A DNA stretch of 64,000 bases from Octopus vulgaris (lineage: Eukaryota). The notes beneath the pieces were generated by a model, which was not told the origin of the DNA, did no database searches, and was given only the letters and a program-made list of their open reading frames with translations. Below are positions 27,890-41,137 of the stretch, piece after piece. The stretch is from positions 66,898,001 to 66,962,000 of the forward strand of contig OX597817.1 in the NCBI GenBank assembly GCA_951406725.2, read 5' to 3'. The position numbers and the translations under genes are program-made. Every line of letters starts with the position of its first letter. Position 1 is the stretch's first letter.

Positions 27890-28630
27890 AAATCCCTTTT
27901 CGTCAAGATAATATCTCTCCTCAAGGATGTAAAGATAGTGAATCTAAGTGAATTGAGGAGTTTGGATAAACCCCACCCAACGAAACTATTTACAGCTTTC
28001 AGAAGCTAGCACCTCAAATCTGGTATAGATAGAATACATCTACCTCATACACAATGAGGGCAGTGACTGACAAAAACATAAACAGCTACTACAAAATAAC
28101 AACAGTAAAATGAATAAGAAAGAAAAGACAAAATGAAAATGAGATTCTAGAATCTGCTAAAATAAAATGGAAAGAAGAAAAACACTCTATGGCCAATATC
28201 CCACAGGACCCGATGGAAAAGAAACAAGCCTGAACGGAAGCCAACAATGGTTCGAAAGCTCTGGATTAATGTAGAAGCAGAAGCGTCTACACAAAATCAA
28301 AAATAACGTTGCCAAAAATAACTACTGAAATGAAATTGGGAATGATGATAGCATCAAACGCAGACTATGCAACAAGTAGAATGAGATGGTTGACAACATC
28401 ATTTCCGGATTTAAGACATGCTGGAGTACTATACCAACTCTTCGACATGAAATTGGATAAAAAGTGGCATAAACATACGTGAAATACAATATATGACATC
28501 AGCCTGTTCAAAATAATCTGAGACATGCTTGTTGGAACTGATAAGAGGTTCAAGGCAAAACGTCCAGACGTAATAGTCAAGAAGTGGATCGTAAATACTT
28601 GTACGCTGATTGATATCGCGATCCCTCGAT
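27890..28630 (+). mobile_element. Heavily decayed R4/Dong-like 3' fragment in intron 1
   Basis: Remnants resembling WKEE.TLYGQYP, SQQWFESSGL, LRHEIG and KRPDVIV..LIDIAIP parallel the 24625-26135 element. Confidence 0.55.
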
Positions 28631-28988
28631 CGTGATGTCTACCAGTTATGTAGTTAAAGAGCTAATTACTAGTTACCGGATTGATTTTGAATGGGGTGAT
28701 ATTAATGTGGCACAGTATCCAATTCTATGTGTTAGATAATACATGCTTGAAAATATGAAACCAGTATTGAAGATAGGCCCCCGTCATTACATCGAGGCCT
28801 GCTGAAACATTTACCTTATAGAAGGCACAGTAAATGAGATAAAACATATAATAGATATATTAACAACTTCAGAACTTAATTTTAATTATAATTGCAAATA
28901 AAGTTGGATAACATTCGTATCGTATAAATTTTTCTGAAATAAATATTTAATTTAAGAAATATATATTGAAACTATTCCCTGTTTTCAG

Positions 28989-29027
28989 AATATCCGGCAA
29001 CGCAAAAGACTGATTCCTGTAATAATA
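28989..29027 (+). CDS. Micro-exon (39 nt): EYPATQKTDSCNN
   Basis: Acceptor ccctgttttcAG, donor GTAAGC, phase 1-1, no stop. Confidence 0.75.
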
Positions 29028-29830
29028 GTAAGCTTAATTTTCTTATATTTCTCTTTATATAGTGAAGCTTGAAAGAAGCATGCTATTCTTTATTTACAAA
29101 AAACATGCTTATAAAGATATATTTCTTGCTATTTTCTGCTTTAGTTGCTGCAATTGTCTTTGCCTTCACTCTACTTTTGTCTCTTTTGAGATAGTCTATA
29201 TATCAAGGGAAGGATAACAACAAAAACAGAACAGATATTGGAGGTGTGTAACCTGTCGTTTCTAGCGTTGTCTACAGATCAGGAGCAATTTTGAACAACG
29301 AAATTCAGTAAATTGTATAGAGACAGCTCTGGTGGTACAAATGTATGCTGCCTTCTCGCTATGCAAATGAACAATCAACGAGAAATGGAAATACACTGCC
29401 AGTTTTAGTAACAAATTACTATAAGATAATCTTTAATTGCGATCAGAAGCTAATCGTTAAATATATAGTGATCATACGGTATAATCAGAGCAGTGCTTTT
29501 TTTTTTACCTTTATATAATATATATTTACGTATTCAATGACAAATGTTAAATGCATTTACGGGCTCAGAATCGAAAACTTCTTTCTCTAGTTGAACTTAC
29601 AGAATATTCGAATTAAACCTTCTGATGTCACAGAGATGGGTCTCTGTGACATCAGTTTAAGAGGTTAATTGGGTATCAACTTGTAAAGGTAACTTACTTC
29701 ATCACAATTTCATAATAGTCATTTTAAATTCTGTCTCTAACTCCAAAATTTCTGAACTAATTTCAGTGAAGTAATATTCATGTACCTGTAATAATTTAAA
29801 ACATTGTAAGTGCATTCATATCGTTGATCA

Positions 29831-29915
<85 letters not shown>

Positions 29916-30329
29916 ATATGTAGTGGTCCATGCAGGCAAAGCGTGGATTCGATCCTCTTTCGCCAAATTTCACTTAACAGTTCAACAGCACTTTTGTCAC
30001 AGTAAAACAATAGTTGTTCTGTGAGTGACAGCGGTTACATTTGCCGGATGCCTTCGCTAAGTAGAATAATGTCTTTGCTCCTTGACACTTATAACCACTT
30101 TTAGGTCACCTAAAGCTAGAATAGAGATAACATACCGCCAACGAAATCTATTGTTCTCACCAATATGTCTCTTCTTCTAACTAGTTTGGAAAATTATAAA
30201 TACTACCACACCGTAGGAAAAAGTTAGTTGGCAAAAAGATGACGGAGAGGCGACCATAGGCAGAATCCAGTTAGTGAGATAATTCAACTGGGAGAAGGAT
30301 TACTAGTGAGAATGTCAGCTATGATACAG

Positions 30330-30798
30330 TGTCTTATCACAACACTACTGCCGTTTAAATGTCAGGCACCATGAAGGTATCGACTCCTTACGTTTAACAT
30401 TCACACTATCTTCCGCTAATTCCTAGTTGGGCAGCTAGCAGTTGACCAAACATAACCAGCAACAACATACAAGAAAAGATAACTCTATCATTTTTATACG
30501 ATACACACACTTGCCCGTCGAGGCAAGTCATTATGCAAAGTATCAGTAAATAAATATTTCCTTAAGACTTCGATCGCTGTTCTTCCATCTTGCACACTGG
30601 CAACCAATACCTTAACAACAGCCGTTACAATCGGTAACCCTCGACTTCAACTAAAAACATTACCGTTACAAATTGGTGACCTCGTCCAAAAAGAATTGCT
30701 GCCTTCTGAAGCTACATTAGCTGATATCTTTTCCTTACTACTTCAGCTTAAAAAAGAAACCACTGACCCAACAAAAAGGAATTACTGCCTTCTTTTTC

Positions 30799-30873
<75 letters not shown>

Positions 30874-33800
30874 TTTCCAGAGCAAGACGCTCCTGCATCC
30901 TCTTCTTCTGTAGACATGGCACTGCCTCAGGCCACAATTTCAGTAAAGGTGCCTTCCTTCTAGTCTTTCGATTTGGTCCTCTGGTTCGCCCACGTCAAGG
31001 CTCAGTTTGCTTCAAATCGAATAGCGAGCGACGCAGCGGAATTAACACACTTGATTGGTGCTTTTTCACCAGAAATAATGATGGGGGTCAGGGACTTGAT
31101 TATGGCCCCTCCAGGTTCCGTGTCTTACGACACTTTTAAAACTGAACTCATCAAAAGAACCTTCGACTCTGAGCAGTGGCGAATGCACCATCTTTTAATT
31201 TCTGAAGTGTTGGATGACAAAACGTCGTCACAACTATTACGACGGATGGAACAACTGCTAGGAGATCACACTTGCCTGAAACGTCTACCAACACACAAAT
31301 AATATTGGCATCTACTAAGGAATTGGCCTCTGTCGATGAACTGGACGAGATAGCAGATCGAATCGCTGATGCGGCTAACCTGTTCTCGACGATGGCTCCG
31401 ATATCTTCCATTGATCCTTTTGCTGCTTCCTCGGATTCCTCCGAACTGCTGGAGCTACGCGCACTCGTGACTCAACAGACCACGCAGATACAAACACCCT
31501 CGGCAAATTACAAGGGCTGACATGTCGCAGCCCCTCAGTTCACAACTACTACCGACCCCTTTAATAGACGATATTCAAACTATTCGAGTTTTTGCGGGTG
31601 CCCTTCAGTCTCTGTAACGCAGCGTAGACATTCCAGCGCTTTATGGACATCGTCACAAGAGGCTTACTGTTCGTGTACGCTTACATCAGCGATATACTGG
31701 TAGCAAGTAAATCCGAGGCCGAACACGAAGACCATTTACATCAACTATTCCAGCAGTTAGCTGAGTACGGCATCGTAATCAACACCAGTAAGTGTATTTT
31801 TGGTGTCTCGTCTCTTCCATTCCTCGGCCTTATTGTCAACAAGGACGGAATCCGGCCACTACCTAACAAGATGGAGGCAATAGTCAATTTCCCTATTCCT
31901 ACATCCCTTCGGAAACTGCGCGAAATTTTGGGATTAATTAACTTCAACCGGCATTTCCTACCACACTGCGCCGAAACAGCTCAGCCACTTACATATGTTT
32001 TGCGCAACAAAACAAGGAAGAGAAGACTATAACGTTAGGCGACACAGAGCTGGTCACCTTCAATAAACTAAAGGATGTCCTAGCTAGGGCCATGATGCTG
32101 GTCTACCCCAAACCTGGTGCTCCACTCACTTTACTGGTTGACGCGTCCATGTCCGGAGTCGGTGGTGTCCTTCAGCAGTTGGTTGATGCCGTTTGGCAAC
32201 CATTGTCCTTTTTCTCCAAATGACTTCAGCATGCGGAGACGAAATACAGTACTTTTGGACTTGAGCTACTGGCTGTGTATCTGTCCGTTAAGCACTCCCA
32301 CCATTTGTTAGAATGGTCTGTTTTCAGTATCTACACGAACCATAAACCGCTAGTATATGTCTCCAGAAAAAGACCTGACTGCCATTCTCCTAGAGAAGTC
32401 CGTCACCTCGACTTCATCGCCCAATATTCCTCAGATATTCGGCATATCAAAGGCTCAGACAACTCAGCAGCAAACATGCTTTCATGCGTCCATCTTAACG
32501 CCCTGCACGCTCCAGATACTATCGATCTTCAGCTGATCGCGGCAAATCAGGAAAACGACGAAGAGCTTAATAAGTTCCGGAATTCGTCGTCCCTCAAGTT
32601 CCAGCTGTTCCCATTATCTTCTACATGTCAGATATGGTGCGATACCTCCGCTGGTCACGAGCGCCCTTACGTCCCCAAACAATACCGACGGCATATTTTC
32701 ACTACCCTTCACTGCCTATCACACCCCGGCATTCGTTCCACACAGAAAATGATAACAACTCGTTTTGTGTGGACGAACATTAACAAGGACATCCGCGCTT
32801 GGGTTAAGATTTGCATAGCTTGTCAAAAGGCGAAAATTCAAAGACATGTAAAATCACCTCCCGGTACTTTCACAACACCGGACGCATGTTTTTAACACAT
32901 CCACATAGGTAAAGTTGGATCTCTACCACCGTCCCATAACTATACGCAGCTGTTGATCTGCATCGACCGCTTTTTCCGATGGTCCGAAGCTTTCCCTCTG
33001 TACGATACTTCAGCGGAGATCGTTGCTAAAGCGTTGATATACTGGGTATCGCGTTTTGGTGTCCCTGCAACCATCACGACAGACAGAGGATGGCAATTCA
33101 ATTCGCACCTTTTCAGCGAACTCACGCAACTGCTCGGCTCCAAACACTGCCGCACAACGGCATATCATCCAGCGGCAAACGGTATGGTGGAGAGATTCCA
33201 CAGGCAGCTGAAATCAGCCATACCTGCATGTCCAGACCTAATCAGTCGGATGGAATTCCTTCTGCTTATTCTGCTCGGTATCCGTGTATCTATTAAGGAC
33301 GATATCGGTCACTCACAGGCCGAGTTAGCTTACGGCACCACGGTGGCCCTGTCTGGGCAGATGATTGCTCCAGTTCCTCCACGGGCTATTCCTGATCCCA
33401 CAACTTATGTACATCGTCTCTGTGCATATATGTCCCATCTCTTACCAAACGCACCCCGTTCGCAGAAAACCGACACATATGTCCCCTCGGATATTAACCA
33501 ATCGACGCACGTTTTTATCCGGAACGATGGAATACCATCACAAATCCGTCCGACGTATTCTGGACCATACAGAGTACTACAGAGACGGGAGATTATTTCG
33601 TAGTCGACATAAATGGCAAGCGAAATACTATCAGTATCGATCGATTTAAGAAAGCTATCGTCGAATCCGATTCCGCATCATCATCGTCGACCGTGCACCA
33701 AACCAACACAGTCTCGTCAACACCTCATACAAGTACCGCAACTTCTTCACGGCAAACTCGTACAGGTGAGTAGTTTACAGGCACCAATGCCTTAATTTCT

Positions 33801-34230
33801 ACACGAACACCTACAAGACTTATTTGTTTATTTTCTATCCACTGAACTTCACAAGAACCATACTTTTAACGCTTACATGGTCCTAATTCAATTGCCTGTT
33901 TGTTATATTAAATTAAAATTGATTCTGCTTGCATCCTATCAGACTAAAATGAACTGAACATTTTTTCATAACCTGAATTTTTGTTTGCATGCCTTCTCAA
34001 TTTTATTCATATTTTGCACTTCCACTTTCTTTCAGTTACATTGTTGCACGTTGCATTTTGCATGTACATCTTTTTCATTCATTTTGAAAATATTTGTATT
34101 GTTACACACATACATGCTACCACTGTCACATTTATGTACCACACCATGCTTTTCTCCCTTGTATTTCATGTTTCCTGTGCCCTTGTAGACACAACTCGCC
34201 TCTGTAAGACCCTAGGTTGGTCACGTGTAC
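30330..34230 (+). mobile_element. Decayed Ty3/Gypsy LTR retrotransposon in intron 2 (gag remnant, partial RT, RNase H, integrase)
   Basis: PBS-like TGGTGACCTCG at ~30674. gag remnant LWFAHVKAQF..KTELIKR. RT AYISDILVAS..HEDHL and RNase H VDAS..GVGGVLQQ, YTNHKPL. Integrase HHCC (LHCLSHPG..CIACQ), core ([26 protein letters not shown]) and YSGPY. Protease and RT N-terminus are deleted. Outer boundaries are approximate. Confidence 0.9.
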
Positions 34231-34431
34231 ATAGAGAAAGTTGTTTGTCCCTTACAACGCGCCAGCATGCCACACTTTTAGATGAAGCAATATCTGTAGC
34301 TTTAAGAAACATTATTTCATTTGAAACTTAATCCTATTTCTAAAAATTAACAAATTTTAATTATGGACATATGAATTCTACTAAACACAATATATTAAAA
34401 AAATATCGATTGGGCTTCTTCTTGTTTTCAG

Positions 34432-34470
34432 AGCAAAACGTATCAAGAAATCGTGAAACCGATGAAAACA
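34432..34470 (+). CDS. Micro-exon (39 nt): KQNVSRNRETDEN
   Basis: Acceptor cttcttcttgttttcAG, donor GTAAGC, phase 1-1, N-V-S sequon. Confidence 0.8.
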
Positions 34471-35561
34471 GTAAGCTGGTAGATCCTTTTCTGTTTGTTT
34501 TTATATTAAGTCGCTTGCAACAAGTACGTTTTACTGACTTGTAAAAACTATTCTAAAGAAGAGGATTGTGTGTGTGTATGGGTGGGGGTGTATGTGGGGG
34601 GGAACGTATACGTGTGTGTTTCTATTTTAAGAGTGTGGATGGATGTCGCAGTAGGCTGGTTACTATTAAAACATGAAAGGTGTCACTGGTGTCTAACACG
34701 CTTCTAGTTTAGAGTTTTACTGTAGACACGAGACCTTTTGAGACAACTATATATATATAATCTCAACATATATTTAGTTAACATACATTTAGTTAACTCT
34801 AACCTAGTTTTGTTTAGGAAAATTTTCTAAATTTCTGCTTTGACGACATGTATCTTAAAAAATAGTTTTATTGAAACAGCCTGGGTACAGCTAGTTCTTC
34901 ACCTGTTGATGCACTCTAATAGTAAGTATATGCATGATCAAATGAGATTATAATTCTTAAGGTTATATATAATCACAGTTGTTTTTATCATCATCATCAA
35001 TGTTGTTTATTTTTCCATGCTTCCGTGGGTCAGACGAGAACTTCATTAAAGCAGATTTTTCAATGGCTGGATGAGTTTCCTGCCACAAACCCTCACTTAT
35101 TTCCAAGTAAGGTAATATTTTCCCTAGAATATGAAACAAACAACATACCTGGACGTGCTTTCGCAAAGGATGATATAATACTCAGTTGTAATAAGAAGAT
35201 ATAGAGAAGAATTTTTCGAGCAATTCATTGGTTTACTAATTGCAATCGTCTTTTATAAAATAGACAAAGAAATAAGGCAATGACATGAGGTGTACAGGGT
35301 CTTCCAGAATGGTAAAATTGATATTGTCGATGGTAATCTAATAGTTAAGTTGATAATCTGTGGATGAAAGTATGTAAAAAAAAACAACTACAAAAAACAA
35401 AAAATAAACAGTGCTGTCAAGTTGGCTATCTCTCGTTTTCTTAATCGTTTCTGTAGTCCAATGGTTCTCAACCTGTGTGGTACGCGAGGACTTTCCAGGT
35501 GGTATGCGAGCGCTTTCAGGGTGTAGCGTACATTCGAGTGAAATTCCTCTCCTGTTTATTA

Positions 35562-35659
<98 letters not shown>

Positions 35660-35987
35660 CCTACATTGGAATGTAGCAGATAACAGCTAGCCTTTGACTG
35701 CTATTTGGACTCAGTTGTATCCACTACTCTGATTGGTTGGTATTGGCACAATTTGTCTCTTACTTTTTACTTTTTATTCCAAATTACATATTTCGTTACC
35801 AATAAGAGAGTTCAAATATTAAAATAATATTCTAATAATCTATCTGATGAATTGCTAATAAGAGCTATCTTGTATGTGTCTTCCATTTGTATACATGGTA
35901 AAGAAACTTGTAATACGGATCAAATAATATCAAAATTTCCCAGCTTTCTGTTCATGTGTGTGTGCGCATGCGCATGTGCGTGCGTGA

Positions 35988-36077
<90 letters not shown>

Positions 36078-36345
36078 GCATATATATATATAGAGAGAGA
36101 GAGAGATCGGCAAAATACGCTGATCATGACTACAGAAATCAGACTGTTATTTCCAGCAAGTAGACATACTTAGTATGCCCTTTGATTAATTTTAATCCTT
36201 CAGCTAATTTCTGGGTCTGCAATCGTCTATATTATTGATTCTGTTATATCATTTTTTAAATTGTTATACTAGATAATAACAGAGTTAATGATATCTTCGC
36301 AAATTATTTTTTTTGTGAATTATTTTTTCCCGTGAATTATTTGCT

Positions 36346-36403
<58 letters not shown>

Positions 36404-36500
36404 CGGGAAGCTTTATGAAAATAGACAAAAGACGAAGGCAGGTGGAAAACAAACAAACAATTGTATTAGTATGGCGCTCAGGAAATATAAATAAAACAAG

Positions 36501-36538
36501 TCTTTAACGTTTCGAGCCTACGCTCTTCAACAGAAAGA
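36501..36538 (-). ncRNA. Minimal type I hammerhead-like motif with variant core (CUGUUGA)
   Basis: Minus strand reads TCTTT-CTGTTGA-A-GAGC-GTAG-GCTC-GAAAC-GTT-AAAGA, with stems I and II paired. Confidence 0.5.
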
Positions 36539-37220
36539 TACACAGAGAGAAAAAAAACACAGAAAGAAAGAGAGAAAAAAATGCGTGCAGTAACTAACGA
36601 ATCAACATGGCGATCTGATTTCGGCCAGAAGTCAAAGATCAAACATGAGACGCGAGAGCGAAATAAGGGGAGATAATAGGGTTGATAATAGGGTTGAATG
36701 ACCACCTATTAGTGCGTAGGAGGGGTCTGGACGTGTGTATGTATAGGGTTGGTGTATGTATTAGTATGTATAAGGGTGTGTGTGTGTGTGTGTGTGTGTG
36801 TATGAGAGAGTATTAGTGCGTAGGATAGGTCTGGACAGGCGTATGTATGGGGTTGGTGTATGTATTAGTATGTATTAGTATGTATTAGTACGTATTAGTA
36901 TGTATAAGTGTGTGTGTGTGTGTGTGTATGAGAGAGTATAAGTGCGTATGAGGGGTCTGGACGTGTGTATGTATAGGGTTGGTGTATGTATTAGTATGTA
37001 TTAGTATGTATTAGTTGGTGTATGTATTAGTATGGCACATCATATATGATGTGATGTGTAAAGTCGTGTGGTGTAGTGAGGAGAAGAGGGGGGAGAAGGG
37101 GAGGGGAAGAAGAGGGGGAGGAGAGGAGGGGAGGAGGAGGGGGGGAAGGGGAGGAGGAATATATATATATATAATTTTTAACAGTAATATAATAATTTAT
37201 TTCTAAATTTACAATCCAAG

Positions 37221-37259
37221 GTATTGGCAAACTGAAGAGAATCTTGGCAGAGAATCATA
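37221..37259 (+). CDS. Candidate micro-exon (39 nt): SIGKLKRILAENH
   Basis: Same length and phase as its neighbours, donor GTATGT, open frame. The acceptor (tttacaatccaAG) is weak. Confidence 0.45.
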
Positions 37260-37465
37260 GTATGTACAATAATATTTTATTTTTATTTACTTCTACGACA
37301 TATATTTATATTACATAATTAAGAATTATTTACGGTTTTTTATTCAGTCAGGTGGCTATTCGCAATACCAGTGAACTTTTATTCACTGCTTTCCTGTATA
37401 TCGGTGGCTATAAATCTCGTTTAAGCATGTGGCTGGCTGTGAGTATATACATGTCTGTATATATA

Positions 37466-37526
<61 letters not shown>

Positions 37527-37731
37527 ATACATATATATACATGTATATATGTATATATATATATATTTAATCAAAATAAGTAACAGGATCTCAAGTATTA
37601 GTGCAATATGACCGTTTCAAGCGGCTCCATTTAATAGAACAATGCAAGCAATACATCAATTTAAATATAGTGCCTTCTTCAGTTGCAAGAAATATGGATT
37701 TTCAAGACACAAGATTTATTACTCATTTACT

Positions 37732-37896
37732 CTTTTTACTCTTTTATTTGTTTCAGTTATTTGATTGTGGCCATGCTGGGGCACCGCCTTTCGTTGAACA
37801 AATCGACCTCAGCACTCATTCTTTGTAAGCCTAGCACTTATTCTATCGATCCCTTTTGCCGAACCACTAAGTTATGGGGACCAAAAAGTTGCCAAG

Positions 37897-37985
<89 letters not shown>

Positions 37986-38145
37986 CGGGCTTCTTTCAGT
38001 TTCTGTCTACCAAATCCACACACAAAGCTTTGGTTGGCTCGAGGTTATAATAGAAGACACTTGCCCAAGGTACCACGCGGTGGGACTGTACCCGGAACCA
38101 TGTGGTTGGTAAGCAAGCTGCTTACCACACAGCCACTCCAGCCCC
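37732..38145 (-). mobile_element. tRNA-derived SINE (family 1), near full length
   Basis: Reverse complement of 51828-52210. Confidence 0.85.
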
Positions 38146-38814
38146 TATTAATATAATTTTTCTCAAATATTTTATCAGAGCAATAGGATGCCACTATCAC
38201 AGCAAGAATAAACTAAGAGAACAACTACAATTTTGGAGTGACATGGAACACAGTGGGGGGTCATAGGTTTGTAATTAATGTCTAATTTCTTTCTTATCTA
38301 CTTTCTTATCATCAACAAAAATCTAAGGCTAGAGGACTGCGTTTTTTGTGAATAAAGAGTATTGTAAGTTGACAGCACAAAGCTGGCTGGTGTATATTTA
38401 TATATATAAGGTAAAAACACAACAGGAAATCGTCAAAACACAACAAGCAGGAAAAGGACGATAGCACAACAACAGCAAACAGGACAAAACAAGATATACG
38501 GATCATTCGCAGCCAATTGCTTCTTCAGTCGGAGTCTGAAATGTCAAAGTAGTTTTGCCCAATCCTTTCCGATAATACTCGAAACCGGTTGGGCTAAGGG
38601 CTTAAGCTGAAGTCATTAAGCCCTTGGGCAAGCCAAACGATTGTACATATACAAACACAAGGTTACAACAAATAGAAAGGATTTCCGACTATCGGACGAA
38701 CTTAGAATAAGAAATAGTATTATACATATACAATGGACAAAAGCCTTTCGGCTATACAACAACAAAAAATCAAAACAGTCTTTCGACTATCAGACAGTAT
38801 AGTAATCTAGCGCA

Positions 38815-38913
<99 letters not shown>

Positions 38914-39016
38914 AAGTTAATCCAAACATGAAAACGCAAAGAGAAAACACAACAACACGAGGACGTGGAACAAATATAGTATTATTGGACGCTCAGGAAG
39001 GAAGGGAAGAAGGAAG

Positions 39017-39051
39017 GTTTTACGTTTCGAGCGGAGCTCTTCGTCAGAAAC
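39017..39051 (-). ncRNA. Minimal type I hammerhead ribozyme motif (Penelope-type)
   Basis: Minus strand reads GTTT-CTGACGA-A-GAGC-TCC-GCTC-GAAAC-GTA-AAAC: canonical CUGANGA and GAAA boxes, GUA triplet, paired stems I and II. Confidence 0.65.
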
Positions 39052-39124
39052 ATAGGAAGAGGAAAGATCCAGAGAAGGGAAGATGGAGGGAAAAAAATCG
39101 TCAACGGTACACACGCGGTCATAC

Positions 39125-39194
<70 letters not shown>

Positions 39195-39198
<4 letters not shown>

Positions 39199-39482
39199 TA
39201 TATCCTCAACCCGACTAAAGCTTTGTGAGTGGACTTCGTACATGGAAACTGAAAGAAGACTGTCGTATATATGTGTATTTGTGTGTGTGTGTGTGTACCC
39301 CCACCATCGCTTGACAACCGATGTTGCTGTGTTTACGTCTTCGTAACTTAGCGGTTCAACAAAAGACAACAATAGAATAAGTACTAGGTTTACCAAGAAT
39401 GAATCCTGGGGTCGATTTGTTCGACTAAAGGCGGTGCTCCAGCATAGCTGCAGTCACATGACTGAAACAAGTAAAACAATGA
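39195..39482 (+). mobile_element. SINE family 1, 5'-truncated
   Basis: Matches the 3' two-thirds of 51828-52210. Confidence 0.8.
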
Positions 39483-39854
39483 AAAACTATGCTATTTTAA
39501 ATCCCGAGTAACGTCGACTACATCTGCTAGTACAGGATATAGTAGAAGCTGTGTATTTTGATTACTTTGAGATGAAGCCTTTGGATAACTATAACAGCTA
39601 GTAACACTAAGCAAACAATGAGATTAAGAGCTACTAATTCTGATCACAATAACCAGTTGTTAACACTATTGATAATCATGTTACGCAGTTTCTACATTAT
39701 ACTGCATTTAAAGAATGAAGACTGAGTGTTGTGATAACTTAAAAAGAATGATTGTGGAAATAGAAAATATGCATGTCGCACGTAAAACAAATGGTAAAAG
39801 GTGTGCTAATATATTTGATATAGAGAATCAAAATTTAATAATTTAAATTGCACC

Positions 39855-40310
39855 TGTTATAAGGGGAGAACAAAATCATGTAGTGACGCCATCTTGGAAA
39901 TCTCCTGCACGCATGCGCAGAGTTGGATTATTCCGGGAGGCCTGCCGGAAGTTCCCTCGTGTGCATGCGCAGAAAACTAGCAGCAGCAAAATTTCCCTCG
40001 TATCGTCCTCTCGAATGCTGACAGCCGAACAAGACGGTCGTGTTTTAGCGGCTCTCTCAAGCTACCACCTCGTGGCGTTGCTTGAACGGACAGGATTTGG
40101 CTCACTCCACTTGACTACTTCGACGAGCTCCTAGGCTGCCGATCGCCCTGAAGAAGAATGTATATATTGCGATATGCCACTTGGTGTTTATCAATCTTGG
40201 TCTTTATAACATCTCTTGTATCTTGGAGAGACTTTATTACTCCAATAATGTTTACGAAGACTAAACCAGATCTTGAGTTATCACTATAGTGTTTAAAGAT
40301 TACGGTAACA
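39855..40310. mobile_element. Possible solo LTR
   Basis: TGTTA...TAACA termini around a GC-richer block with a TATA-like motif and a reverse AATAAA. The TSD is imperfect (cacc/caac). Confidence 0.35.
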
Positions 40311-41098
40311 CAACCAACTATATTCTATTTCTAATTATTTTTTTAAATTTTAATTCTAGGGTGATATCCCTTGTCTTTTTTTTTTTTTTTACCAGAATTC
40401 ATCCATAACATGACAGTTTGTTTTTTCTTCACAACGGACGTGATTTTTATTAATCAAAATTTCTTGATACACTTTCATTTATCATGCACTTTCATTTATC
40501 ATTTATCATGTCCCTAGATAATTTTCTTCGTTCATTCTCAAGAAGAAGCGTAGCCGAAAAGTTGGAGGCCTGTAATTACAACCGACTCACTGCTGAGTAC
40601 ATGCCCAAGTGACTTAACTTTCAAGTTTAGCTCAGATGGTATAATTCATTGTAAAAATTGACGTGACACTTGCTTCTTGCGTTTGAGAATACTTATTCTG
40701 TTTTTATTTTTTTTATTTTTAATATTCAAAATATCAGAGGAGTGGGTGCCAGCTCTTTCAGAATAATGTGATTGATACGTCGACGATGTACTACTTGCAG
40801 TCTTCAATTTGTTGTGGAGTCTGTAACACGTCTGATTATTAAACATCCTTTCATTACTATCTGTAAGCCCTTTTTGGTGTTCTGAACTCAGCATTGTGAT
40901 CTTGCAAAACTCTTACATCTCTATGTGATATGCATTTTCAAACATTTGATATTCTAGCTCCCTATCGAGAGTTGAAGATCTGAATGTCTTTTTATACGAT
41001 TGAATATAGTAATGTTTTTAGGTGTCCTTTTTGCAGGAATGTCTAAACTAAATGAAGTATTTTTTAAAAAGTACTAATTACTTTTTTACAATTTTCAG

Positions 41099-41137
41099 AA
41101 TACCGTAGATTGATCAGGCAGTTACACTTTTCACGTG
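41099..41137 (+). CDS. Micro-exon (39 nt): KYRRLIRQLHFSR
   Basis: Branch-like TACTAAT, acceptor ttttttacaattttcAG, donor G|GTAAGA, phase 1-1, open. Confidence 0.7.

Noticed and set aside
29278-29307. 30-nt AG/GT-bounded candidate exon
   Set aside because: Contains an in-frame TGA in the gene's phase.
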